A DNA stretch of 64,000 bases. It comes from a virus (lineage: Duplodnaviria; Caudoviricetes). Location of the stretch: positions 24,097 to 88,096 of IMG/VR virus record IMGVR_UViG_640069307_000003, one strand, 5' to 3'. Position 1 is the stretch's first letter. The number at the start of each line of letters is the position of its first letter. This document shows, in pieces, positions 46,809-55,587 of this stretch. The notes under the pieces were generated by a model. That model did no database searches. It worked only from the letters and a program-made list of their open reading frames with translations, and had not been told where the DNA came from. Position numbers and translations under genes: made by a program.

Positions 46809-49477
46809 GCTGCCAGCTTCGCCCTTGCCTTCGCGACTGCGAACGCGCTGTATGCGTTGACGGCCTGCTTGAACAGGGCTTGCATGTCGGCGTTCTCCGC
46901 GTTGTCCGCGTGAATCTGCATCAGGCGGGCCGGGATCGCCGCATCGGACAGGTCCGCGCTGCCGTCGATAATCGATTGCATGTAGACCGCATCCGGGTTC
47001 GTAGCGGGCGTTTCCGGCTCCGGCGTCGGCGCGACCGTCGGACTTAGGAACGCTGTAATTTCTTCAACAGCGGCATCGACCAGCTCGCCCGGCGTGGCAT
47101 AGGTGCCCACGTCCTCAACTGCGCCAGCTTCCGTAAGGCCGATGATTGCCTTGCGCAGCGCGTAGGTGCCGTCTGTCTGAATGTAGGCGCTCAGGGCGAG
47201 CCGCACGCCGTCAGCATTGCTTTCCGAACGCGTCCAGACGTTGTCAGCGCCGTGCCTGAACCCGTTCGCTTCGAGCACGTCTGCACCGGGGTAGGTCGGC
47301 TCGATTGGAGCGGAAGTGAACGCGTCAAATTCGGCTTGTGCGGCAGCGATGGCGGCCTCTGCCGTATCGAACTGGCCTAGGTCTTGACCTGCGCCGGTGA
47401 TGCCGGGCGCGCCGATGGACTTGCGCACGAAATACCCGCCCTCGGCGACGTTGATGTTCACGCGCACGAAACGACCGTCGTCAGCCGTCATGCTGCGCGC
47501 CCATACGTTCGAAGTGATGTTCTTGAAACCGGCCGCTTCGAGTGCGGGTTCGCCCTGCGGTTTCGGCGCGGCGGGGGTGCCCGGTGTGTCGAGTGCGTCG
47601 AGTTCTGCGAGTACGTCGTCAATGCCTTGGTCGGGGGCAACGGCAGGCTCGACCGTATAGCCCGCCTCACGCAATTGTTGAATCGTGCTTTCGACCTGCG
47701 CATGCAATACCTTGCCGGTGCCGTCGGTATGCTCCGCCATCTGATTCCACGCCGTCTCGCCTGCGGGCGTTTCCGGGTAGAACATGGTGAACATATCATC
47801 GACCTTGCGATAGGTGAGGTCGGGCTTGCTGCTGGCGGCTGGCGCGTAGTTCTCGCGCCAGCGCGTCAGCGACGCCTCGATATCGTCGGGATGGCTCGCC
47901 ATGATGTGGTCGATCAGGCGCGCGCGCTTGTCACCCGTCGCATCCTTGCCCGTTACGAGGTCGTCAAATCCACCGATGGACAGCGGCGCGGTCGCGGCCA
48001 TCATCGCCAGTTCGGAATCGCTCAGGGCTTCGATTTGGGGGCGCAGCGCGGCGGCGCGCGCTTCGAGTTCGGCGCTTTCCTGTTCAGTCACAACCGGGTT
48101 TGCGGCGGGCGCTTCCTGCGCGACGACGGCCGGGGCTTCCGGTTCGGCGGGCGCTTCCGGGTCGATGGCGGGTGCAACAGGCGTTTCCGGATCGATGACC
48201 GGCTTCGGCTGAGTCTCGACGACTGCCGCAGGCTCGACGGGCTCAACCGGCGCAGCGGCAGGCTCGGGGGCTGCGGTGGGCTTCGCTGCAACGATGGCCT
48301 CAAGCTGCTGAATCTCGGTCGTCAGCGTTTCGAGCGTCGCTTCCTTTTCCGCGAACTCCTTTTGCAGGCCGTCAATGGACGCCATGCGCTCGGCGCGCTT
48401 GGCATTCGTCGAGGCAAATCGCGAACTGTTCTTTGCGGCGAGACTCATCACGCGCAGCGCGACATTGCGCACGTTCAGGTCACGGCCGCGCTCCGGCGCA
48501 ACGGCAATCGTCACGTCCTTTTTGTTGAGCATCCATTTCCACGAAATGAGGTCGTCGCCCGGCATGATCTTTTTGGGCGTCACGTCAGGATTGTGGAAAA
48601 AGATCGAGAGCGTCTGACCGTCGGACAGTTCGAACACGGCGGCAACGTTGGTCGTGCCCTTTTGCGAGAACGGCTCGGTAATCTGAAACGACGCTACGCT
48701 CAGACCTTCAACGGCACGGTCCATCACCTTTTTCAGGATTGCCATGCGCGGTTCGAGGCGCGCATACGGCACCACGAGCGCATCGAGCGCGAGCACGCCG
48801 TCCGAGTCCGCGAGAATGTCGGCGGCCGTCAGCGGATCGAACATGAGGCTGTCGCGCCCGTCGTGCGCGCGGATGCGGTAGAGCAGTTGCGCGAGCGTCG
48901 TGCCGACCGGCGCATTCGCGCTGTCCCAAATTACCTTTTGCATATCGTTGCGTTCCTCGTAGGGGAGTTGATCCGGCGTAAGCGGCTTCGACATATCGCC
49001 GTATGTCATCCACCATTTGAGTTGGGCGAGCGAGCAGGGCACGCAGCTATTCATGCCCTGCCAGCCGCTATCGAAGTTGCTGAGATACCCGGCTTCCGCG
49101 GTGCGTTGATCGGGAAAGCCGAGCATGACCTTGTGCTCGTCGAAAGCGCCGCGCAGGAATTGATTCACGACAAACGCCGTGTTGGATTCCGGGGCCGGGC
49201 CGAGATACACGTCGAGTTCATCACCGTCCGCGCCCTTGACGCCTTGGAAATAGCCGTAATGGAACCGCATCAGGTTCGCGCCGCTCGTGCCGTCGGCGGC
49301 GCGCCACTGGCGCAGCGTGCCGCGCGGGTTCTCAATGACGACCGGGAAGCCGCGCACGCTCGTGCGGCCTTTCTTGTAGTTCCCGGCGTCCTGCATGGCG
49401 GGCGATGGATGCGCGAGCGCGTTATGCCCGTATGCGCCCTCGTGGGCGGCCTGTTCGATAGTGAGATAGGAGGTCAT
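46805..49477 (-). CDS. darA: DarA-like polyvalent protein with N-terminal inorganic-pyrophosphatase-like domain
   Basis: GNYKKG..IENPRG..YGYF..GADGD.LDV..FDEHKVMLGF (InPase type); LSDGQTLSIFFH..W.LNKKDVT..VAPERGRD (DarA_N); C-terminal DarA_C-like helix bundle. Confidence 0.8.
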   Translation of the reverse strand: MTSYLTIEQAAHEGAYGHNALAHPSPAMQDAGNYKKGRTSVRGFPVVIENPRGTLRQWRAADGTSGANLMRFHYGYFQGVKGADGDELDVYLGPAPESNTAFVVNQFLRGAFDEHKVMLGFPDQRTAEAGYLSNFDSGWQGMNSCVPCSLAQLKWWMTYGDMSKPLTPDQLPYEERNDMQKVIWDSANAPVGTTLAQLLYRIRAHDGRDSLMFDPLTAADILADSDGVLALDALVVPYARLEPRMAILKKVMDRAVEGLSVASFQITEPFSQKGTTNVAAVFELSDGQTLSIFFHNPDVTPKKIMPGDDLISWKWMLNKKDVTIAVAPERGRDLNVRNVALRVMSLAAKNSSRFASTNAKRAERMASIDGLQKEFAEKEATLETLTTEIQQLEAIVAAKPTAAPEPAAAPVEPVEPAAVVETQPKPVIDPETPVAPAIDPEAPAEPEAPAVVAQEAPAANPVVTEQESAELEARAAALRPQIEALSDSELAMMAATAPLSIGGFDDLVTGKDATGDKRARLIDHIMASHPDDIEASLTRWRENYAPAASSKPDLTYRKVDDMFTMFYPETPAGETAWNQMAEHTDGTGKVLHAQVESTIQQLREAGYTVEPAVAPDQGIDDVLAELDALDTPGTPAAPKPQGEPALEAAGFKNITSNVWARSMTADDGRFVRVNINVAEGGYFVRKSIGAPGITGAGQDLGQFDTAEAAIAAAQAEFDAFTSAPIEPTYPGADVLEANGFRHGADNVWTRSESNADGVRLALSAYIQTDGTYALRKAIIGLTEAGAVEDVGTYATPGELVDAAVEEITAFLSPTVAPTPEPETPATNPDAVYMQSIIDGSADLSDAAIPARLMQIHADNAENADMQALFKQAVNAYSAFAVAKARAKLAA

Positions 49478-49482
49478 ACCGC

Positions 49483-49525
49483 ATTGTCCCGTCGCGCGTG
49501 CGCGCGAGGCCGCGGCCGTTTTCCT
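49483..49525 (-). promoter_or_regulatory. Putative late promoter (darA), probably leaderless
   Basis: AGGAAAA-30-GACAAT; the -10 ends 5 nt before the ATG. Confidence 0.55.
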
Positions 49526-49539
49526 GTTGAAAAAAACGC

Positions 49540-49569
49540 TTGACCTTATTTAATGTGAGCGCATACACT
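49540..49569 (+). promoter_or_regulatory. Sigma70 promoter with GTGAGCGCATACA motif
   Basis: TTGACC-18-TACACT. Confidence 0.7.
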
Positions 49570-49599
49570 TATCGAAAATCACCACCGATGGGGTTCAGC

Positions 49600-50073
49600 A
49601 TGGCGACGAAGAAAGGCACGAAATTCAGCTTCACGACGGCAGAGGGCAAGGTTGAAACGCGCACCAGCCCGCGCGCATACACGCATGTCGTCGTCGGCCG
49701 CCGCGACTATGTGAAAGAGCGCGCCCACCTCGAAGCGAATCGCGCGACGATTGAGAAGCAAGAGCGGCGCAACTGGGAGTTCTATCGCCAGTGCGCGCAA
49801 ACGCCGGTTGGCGAGAAGCGCGAGACGAAAGACATTTACCCGAACGATGAGCGCAATGTCGAAATGGGTCAGAAGGTTCTCGACCGCGCTCCGACCGCCG
49901 ATGCTTTCGTCGCCGAATACATGGCTCGCCAAGAGGCCAATATTCCTGCGGGCGACTTCGGCCCGGAAATCGTCTTGCAATGGTCGCAGTCGGCGCGCGC
50001 TGCGCTGGCCGCCGTCAGCAAGTGGTCGCAATGGCACACGCAAGTCCGCGTGGTCGAATTGAAGTCCGAGTAA
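49600..50073 (+). CDS. Hypothetical protein (TRTSPRAYTHVVV family)
   Basis: Start MATKKG at 49600 after the promoter. Confidence 0.7.
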   Translation: MATKKGTKFSFTTAEGKVETRTSPRAYTHVVVGRRDYVKERAHLEANRATIEKQERRNWEFYRQCAQTPVGEKRETKDIYPNDERNVEMGQKVLDRAPTADAFVAEYMARQEANIPAGDFGPEIVLQWSQSARAALAAVSKWSQWHTQVRVVELKSE

Positions 50074-50121
50074 TAAGGAACCCGCCCGGCGCGAGCCGGG
50101 CACATACCATCGAGGTAGACC

Positions 50122-50457
50122 ATGAAACTGAAGTTCAGCAAGAAAGTGCAATCCCTGATCCTGCCGACGGAAGGCGAGGCGGCCGGTACGGAACCGTTCG
50201 CAGGCAGCGCGCCGATTCAGGCACTGATCCGCGAGCAGTGGGCGCAAGGCGGTCTCGCGAAAGATGGCTCGATTCAGATCGAGGTCGGCCCGGAGTATGC
50301 CGCTGTCCTGCGCGGTCACGCAGTGGCGCGCCTCACGGCTTTGGAGGCGTCGCTGGCTGCTTGCACGACCGACGAGGAGCGCAAGCCGTTTTTCGGCGAG
50401 AACAGCGCATGGCGCGCGCTGCAAAAGCAGATCGACGCCGAGGCCGTACCCGCTTGA
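50122..50457 (+). CDS. Hypothetical protein (111 aa)
   Basis: GAGG RBS, phage-like codon use. Confidence 0.7.
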   Translation: MKLKFSKKVQSLILPTEGEAAGTEPFAGSAPIQALIREQWAQGGLAKDGSIQIEVGPEYAAVLRGHAVARLTALEASLAACTTDEERKPFFGENSAWRALQKQIDAEAVPA

Positions 50458-50465
50458 AATGGCGC

Positions 50466-50494
50466 TTGCGGTTATTAACGTGAGCGCATACAAT
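50466..50494 (+). promoter_or_regulatory. Sigma70 promoter with GTGAGCGCATACA motif
   Basis: TTGCGG-17-TACAAT. Confidence 0.72.
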
Positions 50495-50526
50495 AATCGC
50501 AAGTCAACCGATACGGGGAGCGCTGC

Positions 50527-51057
50527 ATGGAACTGAAGTCGAACGCGCCGGAAATCAAATGGATCATCCAGCATGCGCCGGTCAACGACTTCGCGCGCTC
50601 CCTTGATACCTGCCTGCTGCGGACCGGCACGCTCACGCAGCCGATGCTTGATGCCGTGCGCCGTAACCTGAGCGCGTCAGTCGTCGATACCGCGGGCGTC
50701 GAGCGCATCGTGACCGCGTTCAATAACGCGCTCGAAAGCGGCCTGAAGCAGCCGAAAATGTATCTCGGCGATTTCACGTTCAAGCTGGCAACGCGCGGCG
50801 CTAACAAGGGCGCGATTTTCGTGACGGAAGGCGGCGCGTATCTCGGCAAGGTCGCGGGCGGCAAGTTCATGGGTACGCGCGATTGTTCCGACGAGCAGAA
50901 AGCCGAAATCCTGAAGGTGTGCGCCGATCCGAAAGCTGCAGCGGAGACATTCGGCAAGGAAACGGGCCGCTGCTCGTGCTGTGGTCGCGAACTGACCGAC
51001 CCGGTCAGCATTGCAAACTGCATCGGCCCGATCTGCGCCGAGCGTTACGGGTTCTAA
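50527..51057 (+). CDS. DUF6011-like zinc-finger protein
   Basis: C-terminal GRCSCCGRELTDPVSIANCIGPIC. Confidence 0.75.
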   Translation: MELKSNAPEIKWIIQHAPVNDFARSLDTCLLRTGTLTQPMLDAVRRNLSASVVDTAGVERIVTAFNNALESGLKQPKMYLGDFTFKLATRGANKGAIFVTEGGAYLGKVAGGKFMGTRDCSDEQKAEILKVCADPKAAAETFGKETGRCSCCGRELTDPVSIANCIGPICAERYGF

Positions 51058-51060
51058 GCC

Positions 51061-51624
51061 ATGAAACTGCGAGTGAACCGAAATATCTACGGGAACTGGA
51101 ACGCCTATGAGGGTTCCAGAAAAACCGAGTTGGGCATGTCCGAATTCGACGCGCTCGATTGGGCAAGCGAGCGATTGCTAAAGGGTGATTGCGTGCTGTC
51201 GGAGAAATCCGATGTAACCATGTCGGACGTAGAGGCGCATCGTGCGCGCCTCGCGCGCCCGGCGCGCAGGAGTGTTGCTGGTGCCACGAAAGAACGATGC
51301 GCTGTCGATTGTGACGCGCCACAAGACGATGCTCGCCGCGGCGAAAGCGGCCAAGAGCACGATGACCGTAACCCCGTGCAAGCCTGCGCCGGAACCGAAG
51401 TTCCGGACGGTGCTCGCGCCCAATGCGAACTGGCCAAAATGACACCCGATCCTTTCACAGACACGGAGCGCCTCGATTTTCTGATCGAGGAGCTTGCGCA
51501 GGTCGAGCGGTTCAAGGGGAAATATCGAGTCGCGGACCATTACGGCCCGCTCTGTGACTGGCAAAGCACGCCGCGCGAAGCAATCAACGCAGCCATGAAT
51601 AACAAGGCGAAAGGAGTCCGATAA
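51061..51624 (+). CDS. Hypothetical ORF, possibly two or three small genes
   Basis: Protein-like N-terminal (MKLRVNRNIY) and C-terminal (MTPDPF at 51439) parts; middle better read in another frame. Confidence 0.45.
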   Translation: MKLRVNRNIYGNWNAYEGSRKTELGMSEFDALDWASERLLKGDCVLSEKSDVTMSDVEAHRARLARPARRSVAGATKERCAVDCDAPQDDARRGESGQEHDDRNPVQACAGTEVPDGARAQCELAKMTPDPFTDTERLDFLIEELAQVERFKGKYRVADHYGPLCDWQSTPREAINAAMNNKAKGVR

Positions 51625-51953
51625 TGAACGAACAGGAATTCAAGCAAGCGCAGGAAACCGCGCGCCGCGCGTGCGCGTCGGGCACGTACACGGGCGGCTT
51701 TTCCATCGAGAACAAGGGCGGCGACATTCGGCCGTTCGTCGTGTACGGGTGGGGCGAGTACCCGGAATCGAGCGTGCTCGCCGGGCAGACGATGAAACAG
51801 TTCATCGACTCGTTCGATACCGAGGAGCAGGCCCGTGCCCTGTATCCGCAAGCGGAGGCGGGCACGCATGGGCGTAGCGCGCACAACAGCGTATCGCACC
51901 TGCCGGGAGAGGATGACCCGGTTCCGGGTGGCATGTACCACGACGGCATTTGA
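51624..51953 (+). CDS. Hypothetical protein (109 aa)
   Basis: AGGAG RBS, coupled start. Confidence 0.7.
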   Translation: MNEQEFKQAQETARRACASGTYTGGFSIENKGGDIRPFVVYGWGEYPESSVLAGQTMKQFIDSFDTEEQARALYPQAEAGTHGRSAHNSVSHLPGEDDPVPGGMYHDGI

Positions 51954-52001
51954 AACTCACCACGGCCCGCAATGCGGGCCGCAATGCCATTCGGAGGCAA
52001 C

Positions 52002-52322
52002 ATGAGTCAGCCGCGAGGCGAAATCCTGCTCGATGATGGCGAGTACTTCGTCGAGCACAACGTTAACTATCCGCCCGAGCGCGGAAACGGGTTCCTGATG
52101 CGCCGCTGCGCGACCTCGATGACCGCGCCGGAAGGGGCCGAATGCGTCGGCGGCTATGACCTGAAGCCCGACGGAAAATGGCACGCCGACATTCACGCGC
52201 CGCTGGACGAAGATACCGATTCGGATTGCCGGGCGCTCGGCATGTTCGATAACCGTCTCGACGCCATTGGTACACTCTGGCAGCGCCGCCGTGAGGCGTA
52301 TTGCAGGCATCCACGATACTGA
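52002..52322 (+). CDS. Hypothetical protein (106 aa)
   Basis: GGAGG RBS before MSQPRG at 52002. Confidence 0.65.
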   Translation: MSQPRGEILLDDGEYFVEHNVNYPPERGNGFLMRRCATSMTAPEGAECVGGYDLKPDGKWHADIHAPLDEDTDSDCRALGMFDNRLDAIGTLWQRRREAYCRHPRY

Positions 52323-52326
52323 CTCC

Positions 52327-52686
52327 ATGCACCGACACTTCGACACCATCGAGCGCGAGCTACGGGCCGCCATTGACGCCGCAGGTGGCGATAATAGCGC
52401 GCTGCTCGACCGGCTTGACCGCCTCATGAACGACGTGCGCGGCGCGCGGTTTGCCGCGCGCTTTGCGCTTTTCGGCAAGGCGATGAAACCGGGCGGCGAG
52501 CCTGAGCGGGAAATCGATGGTGTTGAGCCGCCGTCACGCGAGTTCGAGCACGACGACACGGTGCGCACGAAAGAAGGGTATCTCGCGCGCGTGGCGCATT
52601 ATGACCGAGCAGGGCGCGTTGTCGTCAACGTGCTGTTTGAAGCCGCGGAATATAAGGAATCAGAGTTGAAGCGAGTAGAGCTATGA
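52327..52686 (+). CDS. Hypothetical protein
   Basis: Start MHRHF at 52327 after the upstream stop. Confidence 0.55.
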   Translation: MHRHFDTIERELRAAIDAAGGDNSALLDRLDRLMNDVRGARFAARFALFGKAMKPGGEPEREIDGVEPPSREFEHDDTVRTKEGYLARVAHYDRAGRVVVNVLFEAAEYKESELKRVEL

Positions 52687-52973
52687 CGAAAATCGCAGTC
52701 GCAGCAAAGAGGGCCGGTCCGGGCCGCCCGACGAACGTCGAGCGTGGCTTGCCGCCGCGCCCGACGGCCGCGCAACGCCGCGCGAACTCGGACGCCGAGA
52801 AAATCGCCCGCGGCGAGCAGCGCATCAATACGTGGATCGCCGCGGATGCCGCCGCAGCGCTCGCCGCCATTACGGGCAGCGACCAATCCCGCGGCGCGAT
52901 CCGCGAGGCGATTGGCCTCGCACTGATCGCATATGCGCAGACCCTACCGACCAAGCGCAAAAAGAATGGATAG
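52683..52973 (+). CDS. Putative RHH-like DNA-binding protein
   Basis: AT-hook-like GPGRP; RINTWI-ADAAAALAAI-RGAIREAI strand-helix-helix pattern. Confidence 0.5.
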   Translation: MTKIAVAAKRAGPGRPTNVERGLPPRPTAAQRRANSDAEKIARGEQRINTWIAADAAAALAAITGSDQSRGAIREAIGLALIAYAQTLPTKRKKNG

Positions 52974-53316
52974 CTTCTGGAATACCGGCGTGAGCACGAA
53001 CGCGAGCAATACCGCCGCGCCGATGACGGCAGCGGACCTACCGGCCATGCTCGCGCAGATGCGCGGCATTACGGATAGGGCAGCGGAGGACGATCGGCAG
53101 CAGGCCGATGTGCTGCGCGCGCTCGCGCTCAAACATGGCTTTGACCTCGACGCGGGCGACTTGATGATCGCGCCGCAATCGTTCGACCTGCACATACCGC
53201 TCGCGCTGAAGGATCGCGTGCGCGTCAGCTCGCTCGCGACCTCAATCATGTTCATCAATCGCACCTACGTCGTCGATCCGCTGATCGCGCCGCCGTCACT
53301 CTTTCCACGGCGTTAG
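52966..53316 (+). CDS. Hypothetical protein
   Basis: Start MDSF at 52966 overlapping the upstream stop. Confidence 0.55.
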   Translation: MDSFWNTGVSTNASNTAAPMTAADLPAMLAQMRGITDRAAEDDRQQADVLRALALKHGFDLDAGDLMIAPQSFDLHIPLALKDRVRVSSLATSIMFINRTYVVDPLIAPPSLFPRR

Positions 53317-53808
53317 GTCGTGCAGTTCATCGCGCGGCGCGATGATCCACTTCGTCGTGTACGGGTAGAGTCCGACACTGCTCGTCATGCCGACGATTTC
53401 AAAGCCAATCAGCACGCCGCCGCCCGGCTCGACGCCCACGAGGTCATACTTCTTCGGGCCATACGTCGGCGGCGCGCCATCGGGGCCGGAAAGGGCCTCA
53501 ATCAGCGCCTCCTGCATGACCGTATCGGGCGGCAGCGAATCACGGCGGTCCGAGAGGTCTAGCGGCTGCTCATAGCGCGACGTGATGAGGATTTTTGCCG
53601 CGCCGACGGCCTGATACTCGAACTCCGCTTCATCCTCCGGGCTTAGAACGCCAAGCCCGCCCAAGGTCGGCAATCCGCCCATCGTTTCATCGCCCGGCGC
53701 GGTGCGCGTGAACACCTTGCGATAGAGCGTGCAATCCATCGAATTGGGGTGCTTCAGGACGACGGTGCGCGACGCCTGACTGATCGCGACGGGAATCTCG
53801 TTAATCAT
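53296..53808 (-). CDS. P1-type head-completion/tail structural protein
   Basis: HPNSMDCTLYRK..GGLPTLGGL..EDE motif; last gene of the tail operon. Confidence 0.55.
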   Translation of the reverse strand: MINEIPVAISQASRTVVLKHPNSMDCTLYRKVFTRTAPGDETMGGLPTLGGLGVLSPEDEAEFEYQAVGAAKILITSRYEQPLDLSDRRDSLPPDTVMQEALIEALSGPDGAPPTYGPKKYDLVGVEPGGGVLIGFEIVGMTSSVGLYPYTTKWIIAPRDELHDLTPWKE

Positions 53809-54845
53809 TTCTGTGCGCCTTTCACAATCTGTTCGTACATTTCCTGAGTGATCGCACCCAGTTGCAGCAGGTTTTTCGCGTTCCGCTCGATCTCTTTCTG
53901 GTTCGCCTTTGGCTTGGGCTTCGTCTTTTCGACGGCGGTCTTTTTCATGTCTGAGCGCGCCTTGCGCAGGGCCGCTTCATGCGCCTTTTTCTCGCTCGTC
54001 TTGAGATTCGTGCTCGACGTGCGCTTTTTGTGCTGCGCATCGGCCATTTCGCGCAGTTCCGCGACCTTGGTTTTTTCCGTCTTGAGCTTGCGCGCATCGA
54101 GCACTTCGCGAGCCTTGATGACCTGCGCGGCGATTTTCGCCTGAACGTTCAGGTCGCGCTGGACAACGTGCATCACGCGCAGGACGTGCTTGCACGCGAC
54201 GCCCTTCAGATTCGGGTTGCGGATTTTCGGGAACCCCGTTTCGCCTCGCCCATAGTTGTACTTTCCGACAGTCGCGATGTAGCGATACCAGAACGTATGC
54301 CGCCCGCAGTCGCAGTCGAACAGCGTGCGGCCGGACGTGACAAGCTTGCCGATTTTCTTCGGGTCGTTGGGCGATGCGCCGACGGCCGCCTGAAAGTCTA
54401 GAAATTCGACATGGACATGGTGGCGCGTTGCATCCGAATCCGGCCCGGCGTTCGTGATGAAATGCACGAGGCCGCCGCGCAGTGACACGGGCACGGCCAT
54501 GCGGATTTCCTTGTTCGCGCGCTCGCGGTCGACCGGCAATGACAGGTCGATGACCGACTGCGCGGTAATGCCGCCCTTGTACTGCTTTTTCAGGCGCGTG
54601 ATGTTGCTCTGGAACGCGCGCAGGTCCGATAGCGTGATCGGATTGTGGACGCCGCCGCGACGCGTCGTCGTGAGCAGCCGTCCCGCATCGTACTCGCCCG
54701 ATACCTCGTGCGGCTGAAGGATCGTCGTCGCGGCTTGGCGGCGTTCGAGGTCGAACTGGGCGCGCTCGGCGGCCTCGCGCTTGGCGGAGCCTAGCCGGGT
54801 AGTTGCGCGTTCAATTAAGTGACTGGTAAGCGCGCGCTTCGGCAT
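53805..54845 (-). CDS. P1 gp25-like tail protein with SWIM-type zinc finger
   Basis: FDCDCGRHTFWYRY..FPKIRNPNLKGVACKH. Confidence 0.7.
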   Translation of the reverse strand: MPKRALTSHLIERATTRLGSAKREAAERAQFDLERRQAATTILQPHEVSGEYDAGRLLTTTRRGGVHNPITLSDLRAFQSNITRLKKQYKGGITAQSVIDLSLPVDRERANKEIRMAVPVSLRGGLVHFITNAGPDSDATRHHVHVEFLDFQAAVGASPNDPKKIGKLVTSGRTLFDCDCGRHTFWYRYIATVGKYNYGRGETGFPKIRNPNLKGVACKHVLRVMHVVQRDLNVQAKIAAQVIKAREVLDARKLKTEKTKVAELREMADAQHKKRTSSTNLKTSEKKAHEAALRKARSDMKKTAVEKTKPKPKANQKEIERNAKNLLQLGAITQEMYEQIVKGAQK

Positions 54846-55128
54846 CGGTCAAATATCCCGTCTGTCGTTTGATGGTCATTAGCTGCGTAGCGGTCGGCAG
54901 TACAAGCTGCTGCTCGGGCACCGGCTGTTCGAGCGTGTCGAGTCCGGCCGCCGCGAAAATCGCCATGAACTCATTGCGGTCGCCGTAGACGCGCTGCGCA
55001 ATCAGCGTGAGGTCGTACCGCTCGTCGGGCTTCGTGAAATATCGGATGGCATTGGCCCAATCGGGCGTCTGCACGGCGAATTTACGGACCGCCTTGACGT
55101 AAGCAGCGGTAACGACCGGGCTGTACAT
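54811..55128 (-). CDS. P1 gp26-like baseplate protein (LysM/tail X-like)
   Basis: TKPDERYDLTLIAQRVYG..FAAAGLD. Confidence 0.7.
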   Translation of the reverse strand: MYSPVVTAAYVKAVRKFAVQTPDWANAIRYFTKPDERYDLTLIAQRVYGDRNEFMAIFAAAGLDTLEQPVPEQQLVLPTATQLMTIKRQTGYLTDAEARAYQSLN

Positions 55129-55134
55129 GCGCGA

Positions 55135-55470
55135 TTAAGCCGGGTTTGCGATGACCGCAGCGCCGGAGAACACATACTGGTCCGACGAATATTGCTTCAG
55201 CGTATCGCTGGAGGTCACGCCATCCGGAACCGGCTTGATGAGTTCCGATTCGACGAAATCGCGCGCGTCCTGACCCGGAGCGGGGAGGCCCTGAACCGTG
55301 ATCGACGAGCTTGTCAATGCTGCGCGGCTTTTCGCCAGAGAATCTTCGTTGTAGAACGATTCGACTTGCGCCGTCGTGTTTCCGCCGACGTAACCGACGG
55401 TAACGGACGAGACGCGATGGACCGAAGCGGGTACGCCGTTCGCCTCGACCAACAGACTCTTTTTCAGCAT
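55135..55470 (-). CDS. Tail-fibre-associated small protein (paralog A)
   Basis: Alignable by eye to 55588-55920. Confidence 0.65.
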   Translation of the reverse strand: MLKKSLLVEANGVPASVHRVSSVTVGYVGGNTTAQVESFYNEDSLAKSRAALTSSSITVQGLPAPGQDARDFVESELIKPVPDGVTSSDTLKQYSSDQYVFSGAAVIANPA

Positions 55471-55587
55471 TTAAATTCTCCTAATGACGGGTTGCGTTGG
55501 ATGGCGGCCACGGATTCAGCCGCACTCGGGAAATTATCGATAGGCGGGCGGGGCGGGGCGACTCCCGTTTTCCAAACCCGCCACACA

